DNA from: Gordius albopunctatus
Taxonomy: Eukaryota
Length of the DNA stretch: 64,000 nucleotides
Assembly: GCA_964276515.1 (NCBI GenBank)
Contig: OZ193909.1
Span: 20,646,001-20,710,000, forward strand
Direction: 5' to 3'
Shown here: piece by piece, positions 1 through 12,900 of the stretch
How positions within the stretch are numbered: the stretch's first letter is position 1
How the letters are laid out: each line of letters begins with the position of its first letter
Notes under the pieces: model-generated
What the model saw: the letters and a program-made list of their open reading frames with translations, nothing else
Told to the model about the DNA's origin: nothing
The model's database searches: none
Made by a program: the position numbers and the translations under genes

Positions 1-744
1 TTAGTCAAGAACTTGCTATGACTAAGCTCATGACACACCTCAACAATTCTCAACGCAACACATTCATTACATTTTGCGTCAAAATGTAGGCTTGACAGAT
101 GCATTAAAATTCAGTGATTTTTTTTCAAAATGCTGCAATTTATCAATAAATTAAAATATATGAACATAAGCTTTATTAGTACGAAATTATTTTATGCGAA
201 AATTAGTAATATATGAATTAAGTTAATACTTTGTTATGTATAATGGGATGTCACACTATAATAGAATTGTTTAAATTTATATTTAACAACTTTGATTAAA
301 TTATATATGTGCATTTAACGTAAGGTCTTAAAACTTTTATGTTCTTCCAGCAATAATGCCTATTTTATTATATTTGCAATCTTCAGATAATTACTTGTTT
401 TAAATAATGATAATATTTTTAAAAGTTACCCTCTCATTTTCGTCATTATTTCAACGTTATTATAAAAGATGTCAATAAATTCATTATGTTAAAATATGAT
501 GATATTATTAAACTTTATTCTTTTATTGAGCCTGAGTCAGGAAATAAAAGTTATTAATTAGCAACTTTATACCTTCGAGTCAAGTAGTTTATTACACCTA
601 TATTAATGATTCCTACCTTAATTTACTCATCTAGCTTGTGTTTTGGGGTTTGAGAAAAAAAATGGTTCCATTATGACCAATTTATATCTTACATACTAAT
701 TTATAAGAGAAAAAAAATATATTTGATATAATTATTTTTAAAAG

Positions 745-877
745 TCGAGACGAGACGAGAATTCTCGGTGAGACGAGACGAGATCGAGATTTTTCTAAGC
801 CGAGACGAGATTTTAATAATCGCACCCGAGACGAGACGAGATTTGCTTTCGAGACCGAGACGAGATTGAAACACTAC
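745..877. mobile_element. End of hAT-type MITE with (CGAGA)n subterminal repeats
   Basis: Many GAGACGAGA motifs ending in AACACTA (reverse complement TAGTGTT). Similar motif arrays occur at 22230-22297 and 54729-54866. Confidence 0.55.
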
Positions 878-1263
878 TCAGGGGTTGCGTTGCGATGGCT
901 GTTAAAGAAACTAATATTGGAGTTAGTTGAAGTACTTGATGGAAATGAGTTTGATATGGGGCAACAGTTATCACGGGGACCATGGATACTTCGCTTCACT
1001 TCTGTGCAAAATTTAATATGTGCCAAATCTAATATAGGCAAGGGTTAGGGTTAGATTTAGTGATTTATTTGATAATATGTATAGTATCCTTTTATTAGGT
1101 AGTTTTTTAGTACATATTACATGCGTATGAATATGCGTGAAAACCGATCTCAATTTCTAAAATGCGAATATTACATTATTAGATTTTGCACATATTACAT
1201 TTTGCACCAGATTCCTTCGCTTTCGTTTCGCGCACTAATTTGTCCTTAATTGCATGCGACTTT

Positions 1264-1559
1264 ATGGACGAGGATGAAAAATTTTTTTCCGAATTTTACA
1301 AAGAAACGATTTATGAAAAGCTCTTAAACTATTTGCTATTTATAGGAGCATTATTTCAAATCGCATGCTTGCTAACTCTTCTTTTGCCCGAACCTACGAT
1401 TGTAAGCAAATAAAATTGACACTTATATTTCCTAAATCTAAATAAATAATAAAATATAATGTTTTATAGAGTACTGATATAAAAATAGAAACATCTAAAT
1501 TAGAGAATGAAAATAGTAGAGTTTTGAGTTATGTCAGAAGAAGAAAGAAGCGACATTGA
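1264..1559 (+). CDS. MANBAL: MANBAL-like (UPF0239) small membrane protein, 2 exons, 75 aa
   Basis: Exon 1 (1264-1401) MDEDEKFFSEFYKETIYEKLLNYLLFIGALFQIACLLTLLLPEPTI resembles MANBAL (E-T-E-LL-Y-LF-GA-FQ-C). GT-AG intron 1402-1469. Exon 2 (1470-1559) STDIKIETSKLENENSRVLSYVRRRKKRH* gives the family's basic C-terminus. Confidence 0.8.
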
Positions 1560-2725
1560 TACTCTCAAATACACATATATTGTAATTGGAGGGGGCATTG
1601 CTGGAATTTCTTGTGCAGAAGAATTAACCACCCTTAACCCACATGCCAAAATTTTGATTATTACTCCACACCATTTGATTAAAAAAATATGCAATTATAT
1701 TAAGGTACATTAAGTCTACAACTTATGTTTTTATGTGATAATAGATAACCAATCACATAGATACTTTTGATGTAGTACAACAAAACTGTGATGAATACAC
1801 TAATAAATTTCCAAATATTAATATAGTTATAGATTCAGTCAAATCTATTGATACTCTATCAAACAAAGTAATATTTTTAATGATAGGCTTTTAAAAATTA
1901 GGTAATTACTCAATTGGCAGTGTATATCTATACCAGATCTATATGCCTTTGCTTAGGCAGCAGGCCAAACATCATAAATGTCAAACATCCATTAGTTATT
2001 GGACTTAGAGACAACTCTAGTGTGGAAGAACTTGGTTCATTACTTGCAAATGCTAAGCAAATTGTTGTGTGTGGGAATGGTGGTATAGTTACAGAATTGA
2101 TTTTTAAAATAGAAAATTGCCAAGTAAAAATTACTTTTTTTTTACACATCCCTAATATGTTAAATATATTTTCAATCAAGTTTGATTAAATAATGTATAA
2201 TATCTATGCAACTTGTTATTTTTGACATTAAATTTGTAAATGCTAGATCATATGGGTTGTAAAGGATGATTGCATAACAAAAAAGTTTTTGGATCCTGGT
2301 GCATCAGAATTCATCATATAACAACATTTAACAAAAAAATTAGAGTTCAAAAGTGATTATGTTTATATGATCCTTGTAAAATATTCATATGTTTTTTTAA
2401 TTGTAAATAATATAGAGTTTATTTTAGAGAATAATTTTTTGACAACAATAACAAAATTACCAATGACCAGCCCATTTCTTCTATGCCTCCAGCTTCTGCC
2501 TTGGGACCTAATTGGCATATTAATTTAAATTTAATCGGCTCTTTGGCTATAGCAAATCAAAATAATGATAGCAATCACAATTTGGTGCATATAATTTACA
2601 ATTGTCAAGTTATTGATGTACAAGATATACCCAAAACTGGTTCATTTCACAATTAAAATTAATTAATTAACTTATGAGATCGCCCATAAAATCAGAATAA
2701 CATTGCCATTTTCTATTGTTTTTGT

Positions 2726-5284
2726 TACGCCTCTTGAATTCGATTCGAGATTCGACTAATATTAAAATGAAGATTCGATTCGAAAAAAGTTAATGATTCG
2801 AAATCGATTCGAATATTTATTAAGTTTTTTCAATTATTAAAAAACACATTAAAAAGGCTACTATGAATTTTAATTTGAATATACGTTTGAAAGATATTTA
2901 AAAAAATAGACACATTAAAAATTAAAATATTAAAGGCGAACAAAAACTATGATATGTTTAAGACAACCAAGAACCGTTTTTAGCCAACTTTTAATGCAAA
3001 TTATCTTCCTAACACTAGTCTTCTTTAAACGAAATGGGTTCTGGTTAAAAATATTCTTTCGCACGGGCTAAATGATCTATATATAGAGAGAAGATTTTTC
3101 CCCAATATTTTGGATGGCTGCGAAACGACGTTCATCCGATTTCCACAATTGTACGGGCTCAACATTGGAGGCCACACGTGGTTTGTGCAAAAATGTCTCA
3201 AACGGAGACTTCGCGTTCATGTTGCTCTTAATAGACGATTTTAGTGTTTATACTAGTGGTGGGAAAACGCTTAGCACTAGCGCGCTTAGCACCTCCCCGC
3301 TGATGGGAATAGCCTATTAAATACGCTATGTCTACTAGCACATAGTCACTTTAAGTGCTATAAGCTATAGGAGATGGGAGGTTTGAGGTGCTAGAGCTAT
3401 GGGAGGTTTGAGGTGCTATGAGCTATAGGAGATGGGAGGTTTGAGGCGCTATGTGCTATAGGAGATGGGAGTTTGAGGTGCTATAGGAGATGGGAGGTTT
3501 GAGGTGCTATGTGCTATAGGAGATGGGAGGTTTGAGGTGCTATGTGCTATAGGAGATGGGAGGTTTGAGGTGCTATGTGCTATAGGAGATGGGAGTTTGA
3601 GGTGCTATGTGCTATAGCCGATTGCACTTAAATGCGCTACTCCTATAGCACCGGCGCTAACACTGGGAATAATTTCAATGAAAACAATAGAGTATAATAT
3701 GAACTCGTGTGTAATCTAATAAACAATTTTCCATTAAAAATATATTGTTCGAAAAAACAAAATTAAAAAAGGGTGTTATTTAACTGCTAAGTAAATAATT
3801 ACAAACAGACTGTCTGAGTACGCAAATGCATAAAAGTTCACTCAATAGTATTGTTTTCCTTTTAATTGAAACATATTAACTTAAGGAAAGGGGGAGTTTA
3901 ATTTTTTTATTCTCAAAAACATGGGCGTAGGGCATAACTAGGTTTTAAATTAAGGGGGAGGGGCAAACGGTTAAAATAAAAGTTGAATTAGGGAGGGGCT
4001 AAATAAAAAAAATTATTAATTTGTAAGGGTTTTTTTACATTGGAAAATTTTTTTTTCCGTCATTCAGAGGGGGGCGGGGCGAGTTATTGATAAAATAAAT
4101 GTAGAAGCAATGCAAAATAAAATTAGAGTCATACATTTAATTAAATTTATATTAAAATAAGTCGTAGTTAGATGGTAAGATAGGGCAAAAAAATTATATT
4201 CAGATGTATTTTAATATTTAATAAAATCAAAATAAACAATTAAAAAAATTATTCCCAGTGTTAGCGCCGGTGCTATAGGAGTAGCGCATTTAAGTGCAAT
4301 CGGCTATAGCACATAGCACCTCAAACTCCCATCTCCTATAGCACATAGCACCTCAAACTCCCATCTCCTATAGCACATAGCACCTCATACCTCCCATCTC
4401 CTATAGCTTATAGCACCTCAAACCTCCCATCTCCTATAGCTTATAGCACTTAAAGTGACTATGTGCTATAGCTTTAGCTCCTTAAAAACGCTATTTCCCC
4501 ATCACTAGTTGATACCTCGATAGTTGATACAAAATGGGGCTGACTTCCTATAGCAGTTTCCAAGTCATCTTTAATTTCTCTAAAGTGCCATTTACGACGA
4601 CACTCGCTAATAAGACTATCCCTTTATTGAGTGCCATATATCTTGAATTTTCTGTTTGGCCATCTTGACAGCATGATCTTCTGTGCCTGCTTGATAATAT
4701 ACCGGTAATACCAAGTTAATTGTGGGATTTGACCCCCGGATTTTAAATTAGTTGCACTGTAAAAGGGAAAAAGTATCAATTTAACCTTTCCAATTTGTTC
4801 CCATTCAATGTTAAAGGCCAAATGCAATGCTGCCTGCCTTACTAAAATACCTCCTTTTCTATCATTATATAGGTAATGTTCCACCTGACTACCTTGTCAA
4901 GTTTTGCCTTTATGTAATTAATTGGTGGCTCAAATTCTTAACATATAGCAGCCTTTAATCGTGAAATAACTTTTGTGCTATCTTGCAATTTTTATCAAAG
5001 AAGCCCATAATTAAATTAAATTGTGATCCTCGTTCTCCATAACTTATGTAAGTTTTAAAAATTTTTAATTAAACTTTTTCAAATTGTGTATCAGGAAAAA
5101 TAACTTAAATGCGGTAAGATAAAAATAGCTAAATATTTGAATCTCGTCTATTTAAATTAAACAAAAAAAATTGGAATTTTCAAGGATTCGATTCGGATTT
5201 TCGAATCCTAGCAGCGTAAATATTCGATTCAAAACTTACACATATGGATTCGAATCCGAATCTCGAATATTTCTTATAGGCGTA
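2726..5284 (-). mobile_element. Degenerate hAT transposon in a PYROXD1 intron
   Basis: TACGCCT...AGGCGTA termini with ATTCGA subterminal repeats and a perfect 8-bp TSD GTTTTTGT (2718-2725 / 5285-5292). Minus-strand transposase relics: VRWNITYIMIE (~4860-4890) and dimerisation-domain PVQLWKSDERRF..SPCERIF (~3050-3160). Confidence 0.85.
3254..4507. mobile_element. Foldback-like hAT MITE nested in the element above
   Basis: Termini TAGTGGTGGG / CCCCATCACTA, TSD GTTTATAC / GTTGATAC. The long inverted arms contain ~33-bp tandem repeats (CTATAGGAGATGGGAGGTTTGAGGTGCTATGTG). Confidence 0.85.
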
Positions 5285-6710
5285 GTTTTTGTATTTTAGT
5301 TGTAAACCTTGAATTAGTTTTATTGATAACAGCCTCTAATTTTATGAAACATTAGTGGGCTGCTTCACATCAACTTTTAATTATAACTAATTATTTTATA
5401 TGGCTAGATACCTCAAATTTCCCATTGAAAGTTACTCTTTCTAATAAGGAAATTTATGAATGTGATTTTGTCATAAGTGCTACTGGAGTTATACCTAATG
5501 CTGATGATACCTTCTAAAACTTTCCCACATAAAGTTTGTTATTCTTCTTTTTCATCCAATATTTATAGTTTTAGTTAGGTTAGAAGCAATAAATTAGGAA
5601 ATTTTTATTTTACCCTGTTGCTTTATAATCGAAAATAAGTGAATCTATATTGTTGACTTTATTAACTATATTATATATACAATTTTGTGTTTGATTAAAA
5701 TAAACTAAAATTTGGAAAAATAATTTGCATCTAATTAAACGTGGATATTGTTTCAGGTTTTGTACAACGGTTGATAACCGTGAATCAAATATGATGCCAT
5801 CTAGGACATATTTTAAATTAGACACTAATTTGACTAAATTATCCCCATCTCTTTTAGAATGTGACTTGTAATAAAAACAGACAGACATATAACGTTTTCG
5901 CTCTTATTGGATTTATATAATCAAAATATAAAACTTTAAAATTTGATGATTACCCAACAGCTGACTCTAGCAAAAAGTGATGGGGCCATTTTAGTTGATT
6001 CATTCATGCTCACTAATCTCCCCAAAGTATACGCTGCAGGTGACTGTTGTACGGTCGAAGAAGAATGCCTTGCCCCCAATTGGTTTCAAATGCGCTTATG
6101 ATCTCAAGCTTTTCACACGGCTACCGCAGCCGCCAAATGCATGGTAGAGGCAGATTCTGATCTAGAGTTTAACTTTTAAAAACTTGACCCTTTTTAATAA
6201 TAATTGTATATTGTTACTCTTACCATATTAACAATGATTACTTTTAACATACACATACCTAATAGCAAAATAAATAAGGCAAGCTAGTGTAACAACAACC
6301 AAACGATTGAGATGGCAGAAATATTGAAACATACTCGAAAGACGACAATTTAATGTATGATTGTAAAACACTTGTGTACAATCACTTTCCATATCAGATA
6401 AATACTTTTTGATAAAAATGTTGATTTAAATGTTTGAACGATAGGGATAGTAAAGAAGGCCCTAAAAACCCTAATTATAAATAGTTATAACTTGGTTATA
6501 TTTAACCTGCGAGCGAGAGTATTCGTGGCGGTGTATTTCTATACCCCACGCAAATTATAAATTAAAATATAAAACGACGCAATTTAAGTCTAATGAATTT
6601 GATCTCTTCAGTAGCTTAATATTTTATCAAGAACTAGGTTAGGTGAAAATTTCATAGGTTTTGGCCTAATACTTTTTAAGATATAGAAGCTTTTTTTGGC
6701 TCTTGGGGTA

Positions 6711-8330
6711 AAGAGTTGTTAAATTGCTAAGCAGCTTCAGCTAAAAACGCAAGCACGAACAGTAGCTGGGTAATATGCTAGTTTAGCAGAATGAGTGCTA
6801 ACGGTTCGGTGCGTTAGTTTTAACAGTAGCACATAAAAATGCTCGAGAAGTTAGTCGAAGCAGCAGCCAAATCTGTTAAAAAATTTAGCAGGAGCTCGAG
6901 CAGGAAATTGAAGCAGATAGCAGATTGAATTGCTTTTGTTAAACTTTTTTAGTTACTAACAAAATTTGCTCATGGTATATTATAAAGTTATTATATTATA
7001 GTTTTATAAGAAATTAAGCATGTTGAGCATAAAATGATGGATTGCACGATAATAAGATGAGATTGTCTATTTGATTTTTTACCCTACGTGTAATTATATA
7101 CATTTTGAGTTTTTAGGTATAAATATTTTGTACAGGTGGTTAAATAAATATATAGATGGGGTAAATGTCATAATCTATATTTATGATGCGATTTAAATTT
7201 TTTCTTCAAATTCTGACTCACTAAGAGTTAAAAAAAAATGTTTTTCACCTTTGAATTTAAGATTTTTAAAAGTTTAGCGGTCGCCCAGGTGACAAATGTC
7301 ATAATCCATATTTATGATGCGATTTAAAATTTTTTTCAAATTCTGACTCACTAAGAGCTTAAAAAATGTTTTTCACCTTTGAAATTAAGATTTTTAAAAG
7401 TTTAGCGGTCACCCAGGTGACTAATGTCATAATCCATATTTATGATGCGATTTAAATTTTTTCTTCAAATTCTGACTCACTAAGAGTTAAAAAAAAAATG
7501 TTTTTCACCTTTGAAATTAAGATTTTTAAAAGTTTAGCGGTCGCCCAGGTGACAAATGTCATAATCCATATTTATGATGCGATTTAAATTTTTTTTCAAA
7601 TTCTGACTCACTAAGAGTTAAAAAAAATGTTTTTCACCTTTGAAATTAAGATTTTTAAAAGTTTAGCGGTCACCCAGGTGACTAATATATTAATCTATTT
7701 ATGATGCGATTTAAAATTCTTTAATTTTAACTTATAGATGGCTAAAATAATACTAAAAATCGTCATGGATATAATATTTACAAATTTTAAGTTTATGAAA
7801 TCAATGATAAACATATAATAGAGGAAATTGTAACATATTTAGGCTGTAAAATTTATATTTCGCCATGATTTCAGGCACATCATATCGCGAATTGTAGTAG
7901 GTCATAACCTATTACGCCTCGCAGTTAGAATATTTCCGGCCACGGAAAACATCCGTTCACTTGGAACGGAGGTGGTGGACTGTGCCAAAAAATCTCTGGC
8001 TATTTTTCCCAATGCCGGGAACCGTGATTCATTTATCCTCCACCATTCTAATACTAATACTGTATTCGCTGCTAGTAGAGGAATATCTTTTTCATATTCA
8101 CTCATTTCGCCAGCATAATCAATATTATGTAAATTCACCAGGTTTTCATAATTTTCTAATAAAATATTAAAAATTATTAAGTGATTGAAATAGAGGTACC
8201 TGTAGTATTAATCGTTGAAGGTAACTTCTTTCCTGCTACATAAAAATTAAAGCGCTTATATTCTGGTATGTATTTCACAAATTTCCCCCTCATGGCTTCA
8301 CATTCTGTCTTCTTCCGCTGGAGACGATGA
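6711..8330 (-). mobile_element. hAT transposon fragment with C-terminal dimerisation domain
   Basis: ORF 7902-8138 LEWWRINESRFPALGKIARDFLAQSTTSVPSERMFSVAGNILTARRNRL. The left end AGAGTTGTTAAATTGCTAA matches the terminus of the MITE at 18938. Confidence 0.8.
7163..7715. repeat. ~130-bp tandem repeat, ~4.3 copies
   Basis: Units start at ~7163, 7294, 7422, 7554 and 7683 (AATGTCATAATCCATATTTATGATGCGATTT...TTTAGCGGTCRCCCAGGTGAC). Confidence 0.9.
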
Positions 8331-9946
8331 CCAAAAGAATCTCGTTATTCAAGATGGCGGCCATAAGGGCAAATTTATCCGAGGTGCCATTTTGGTTGGA
8401 GAAACTGGGTTGGAAGAGACGCTTGAAAATTTAATACTCAACAAAATCGACGTTTCACCGTTTGGCGATGAACTCCTGAATCCAAACATTGATATAGAAG
8501 ATTATTTTGACTAATTAAACAACATGATTTCATTTGTGCGAAGGATGTCAACCTTGATATATATATATATAAGACGGATATTATTTAATGAAATTTTCAT
8601 CATTCTTTTTGGGAGGATCCTAGAATCATATGAAGGTTTTAAACCTTATTTTGACGAATTACACGTAAGGTTTCGTCTGCGTTTCAATGTATATCAATGG
8701 CTGACGAAACACTAAAAGTAATGAATTGTAGCAATATATATTGAATAAATAAATATAGACGTTATTCCAGCTAAACTAGGTGCAATAATTTTGGTTTTTT
8801 TGCCTTCCCTTATTTTTGGGGTGAATATGATCCAAAACATTTTTAAAAAACTTCTTGAATTTCTCAACAAAAATTACCATTATTGTTATTTATTAATAGC
8901 GCTTTTAAGATTTGCCTTTGAGCATTTAGGACTATGAATACCCATGTCTACCAACGGAGTTTTTTGATGAATCCTTTATAAAAGTTCTTTTAAAGCAGGT
9001 TTTAATATAAAAATTTGCTTTTATTTTTTTAATTACCCCACTTTTACAATTGTTTTTTACACTTTAATTGGAGATTTTTCCTAATATTCTCACTTTTATA
9101 GGTTATTTGTTCTTTTTAGGGGCTCCTGAGCCATTTATAATCAAAGATGTCAAATAATTTTTAACTCAACACACAACTAAGTTCTTTTGTTAATGTTTCT
9201 ATTCTTGATACAAATAAAACGAAAACCATAGAGTAGTATTTTATCAAATTTAATGACCACATCTTAAACTACTTCATAAATTTCTTTTTATTAAATTTCC
9301 TTTTCTGGTGGTATATAATTGTTTCCACAAAATGCGAATCGGTGATTAAAGCATGAACCATAAAATTTAGAAAATATGAGTCGCTATAAGCCAAGTATAG
9401 ATGAAATTGAACATATTTAGTTTAATAGACATATCGAAACGTGCCATATTTAAAATAGCAATTTAAGCAAAAATTTAAAAACCGTTTTATTTATTCTAAG
9501 TATAAAAATGATTAAAATAATTTTATTTTTTATGATATTTGCTTTAAAAATTACCGTGTCCGGATTAAAGCGACTTGTTTCAACTTGATATAGATTTATA
9601 GCTTAAAAACACAATTTGTGATGGGACAAAAATGGCACTCGTTAATATAAATTAGAATTGCATATAAAAGTATATACAAAAATAAAATTTAGATTCATTA
9701 GTAATGTCGGTTTTAGATTAACTCTTATTTAAATCGTGAGCGTGACAAGCATTTGCAAACTTTGATTAACTTATACCAGAATCAAAGGATATTAAAACTC
9801 TTTTACATTAAATAATTTAAGTCTCAATCATAAGGACAACTCAATTCGTCAATATATATATAAGATATATAACAAGCGCAAATCTAAAAATCTCGTCAAT
9901 TTAACAACTTCGCCTGTACATATAAATAGCTATTGGACAAATTTAA

Positions 9947-12900
9947 TCAGGCTTCTAAACCCAGCTCCGTCAAGAGTTGATCTAAAAGGTGTAACTTAGC
10001 CTCGGCTTGGCGCATACTTTCGAACGTTTGAACGTGATTTGTAATGTAATATCTCACGTCATCCACTATAGATATACTATCCGTTTCTTGCCTATTTAAC
10101 ACTTGCCCAGCATCGCTCACTACCGTACCTCTAAAATCGTGGCGTCCTATCATCTGGCCAAATACATAATAAGTATGTTGTATGGTAAGCAAATCATATT
10201 TTTTCAGTAAATACAGTGGCAAAAATATTACCTTTTTTCAATATTTAACGGATCTTAATTATAAAAAAAGTATATTATTAAAAAACTTTAGCATCTTTAA
10301 CTTTTTTTATTAATTATTTCTTATACCAAAAAGAAAAAAGTAAGATCTATTATAACATATTCAACAGAAATATGATAATGTTAAGCAGAGGAATTCAAAC
10401 AAATTTACTATTCAATATACAATTAATGTATAAATCTTCGCAACAAATATAATGATCAAAATACTTTAAGGAATGCAAAATTTTGCAAAAAATATCATAA
10501 ATTCTAACAAATAGCTCCAAATTTCTTAAGATATTTAGGGGTTTATATAAAAAAAGTATCTAATTAAATTGAACACGGTAAACAATTTCCCAAATTTTTA
10601 CCCATAATTTGATTCGTTCGAGTCAAACTTTAAGACCGTTTGGAATAAGGGGTATTCTAGCGCACAATATTCTTACAAATAGTGAGCATTCGATTCAATA
10701 AAATTACTCGAGGTAGGTGATTGCATATGTATCGGGCGCAAGCGTCTTCAAGATTGGGCAAGTCATAGGTGCGAGAAGCTAGTAGGAGATTCACCACATT
10801 TTCAACCTCTAAGTTTGTGGCCATGATAGAGCCACACACTTTCTTCAGGCCCGGCAATAAAAACTGATCAGCAGCTTGGAGCACTTCAAACACTATTTCC
10901 ACTTCGATCTTAACACCATAAAGATATTTTTTAATCTCCGTCATCCGATAGAAAAATGTATCATCATCAGTCAGTATAATATTATACAGGCTATGATTCA
11001 AATTGACACATTAACTACTTAAAATGAGCCCCCACTTATATATGAGTTGAGAGATTATCGAGTTATATAATATTAGATATTTTTGGAGGATTATTTACAT
11101 TAGACCAATCTTGGTAAAGGTATTTTATAACGTGACTAAAGACTTGAGGTGTCAAGTGAGTTAATTTGAAAGCGGGAACGTGGCGATTGCTAGGTAATAT
11201 TTCTAATGAACTTTCATTTTCTGGAACTTTTGTCTGAGCTGTTGTAGAATCAATCTTTTCGGAGAAGGGATCTTCAAGCAAGGCTCTAAAATATTCACTT
11301 CTACCCACAAAAAATACCTATAAGGATGTTATAATAAATATACTGGCTGCAAAAATATTTTAATATGATGTTTTCATATAAATTAATTAAAAGGCAACTG
11401 ATTAATGGATATATGCTTCTCATAATATTTTTAATGGTATAAACATAAGAATGTATGAGTAAAAGGCTTTTCATTGTTTAATTTTAAAGTTGTTTTATAA
11501 TGTTTTTACTTAGTTTATTATAATTGATCTTGTCATATAATTCGTATTACTGCTACTGCCATTTTTATAACCATAGACTAGATAGACTACTCATCGACGT
11601 TAAATATGTGTATACTAGTGTTGTAAAAAACCAAGGTTTTAGATTCGTCGCCTGCAAGGGTTAGCCTTTTTTGGTTCACCCTTGGTGTATTGGCAAAAAG
11701 GTTCTTAATTTATTATTATTTTTTAATTAAAAATGATAAAACCCAACACGATATCGAGAGATTTTTAAAAGCCATGGCCATGGTGAAGGCTATATGCCGA
11801 TGCTATAGTACTAGATGAGGAGACAAAGGAGAAAGTATTTGAAGAAGCCTAAAAGTGGTGAAAGCACCTCTCTATCTAAATCAACGTGTATTAAAATTAA
11901 AAAATCTTCAAAGATATCAATTTTTTCAAACTTAAATAGGCGAAAAGATAAAAAAAATTATATCTTCCAAGAACAAAAAATGTTATATTTTACCATTAAA
12001 ATGAGTTAAGGATAATACAAAAAAAAAATTAATATTTAATTGGGGAATTTTTACTAAAAAAATCAAATTTTTTGAAAGGAGTTTCCCATGAAAATAAAAC
12101 TCTCCCGGGAAAATTTCCCATGGTGCTATCAACACTAAAGCAATATTATTGATGAGTAGGCAGCAAATTTATTGTAAATAATGATGATAAAAAAAATATA
12201 TAACTCATCTTACTAATCAATGGTGGAGATTATTCAATAGACTCATTGTAAACTTGATACTTATACTGCTATTATATTGACATTTATTATCAACTTGTTT
12301 AGATGATCTTAACCAAAAGTTAAAACATTTGTGTATAAAATATGATTGGAGCTAAAATTGTAAAGTAGATATTATATAAAAGACTTTGATAAAGATTACT
12401 CACCTTGTGGCAATAAAAAGATGTATTTTCCACAATAAATTTAACGTCTGCCAGGGGGACTGCTTTTTCAGGACCCTAAAATTATATTTTAAAAATAAAT
12501 AAATAAACACTTGTCCATCTTTACAGGCTCCGTGTTTTAGCAACATTCCCAAGTCACTCTTTAATTTTTCAAGTTCAGATTCATCATCAACTGCCAGGAT
12601 GAAACTTTGGGTGGCACACTTTTTGTATTTTCTTTTACGAGAGGTTTTTTGGGGCATACCATCAGAACTGTGGTTTGAAAGTGAACTAGATGTTTCTGGA
12701 AGTATATTAATTTTAATTAATAATAAATATGTGATAAGAAAAAGCTTAAATAAATTATAAAATTAGTACTAAATAAAGTAGTTAAGTGAGATGTGGAAAA
12801 CTGACTTTTTGAAATGTTGTAATCAAAATCATATGAATCTAATTGATAACCAAAAAGCATCTTCTTGTACAACACTTGTTTATGCAGATGATCCAAGTGA

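Larger units (their letters stand above)
1531..8514 (+). pseudogene. PYROXD1: PYROXD1 (pyridine nucleotide-disulfide oxidoreductase domain 1), disrupted
   Basis: Motifs IVIGGGIAGISCAEEL, VVCGNGGI, SALGPNW, CDFVISATGVIPN, VYAAGDCC, WFQMRL*SQA and terminal [33 protein letters not shown]. In-frame stops or frameshifts at 2319, 2432, 5515, 6099 and 6177. A conserved segment is missing between 6177 and ~8340. Confidence 0.8.

Noticed and set aside
1041..1060. Telomeric TTAGGG repeats (also ~44396-44412)
   Set aside because: Only 2-3 units; the second set lies within MITE sequence. Not a telomere.
3360..3620. Regular repeats as a CRISPR array
   Set aside because: No unique spacers; these are MITE subterminal tandem repeats in a eukaryotic genome.
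6099..6101. TGA at a conserved Trp as evidence of an alternative genetic code or readthrough
   Set aside because: TGA terminates MANBAL, ABTB1 and PRPF4 normally, and PYROXD1 has several other lesions.
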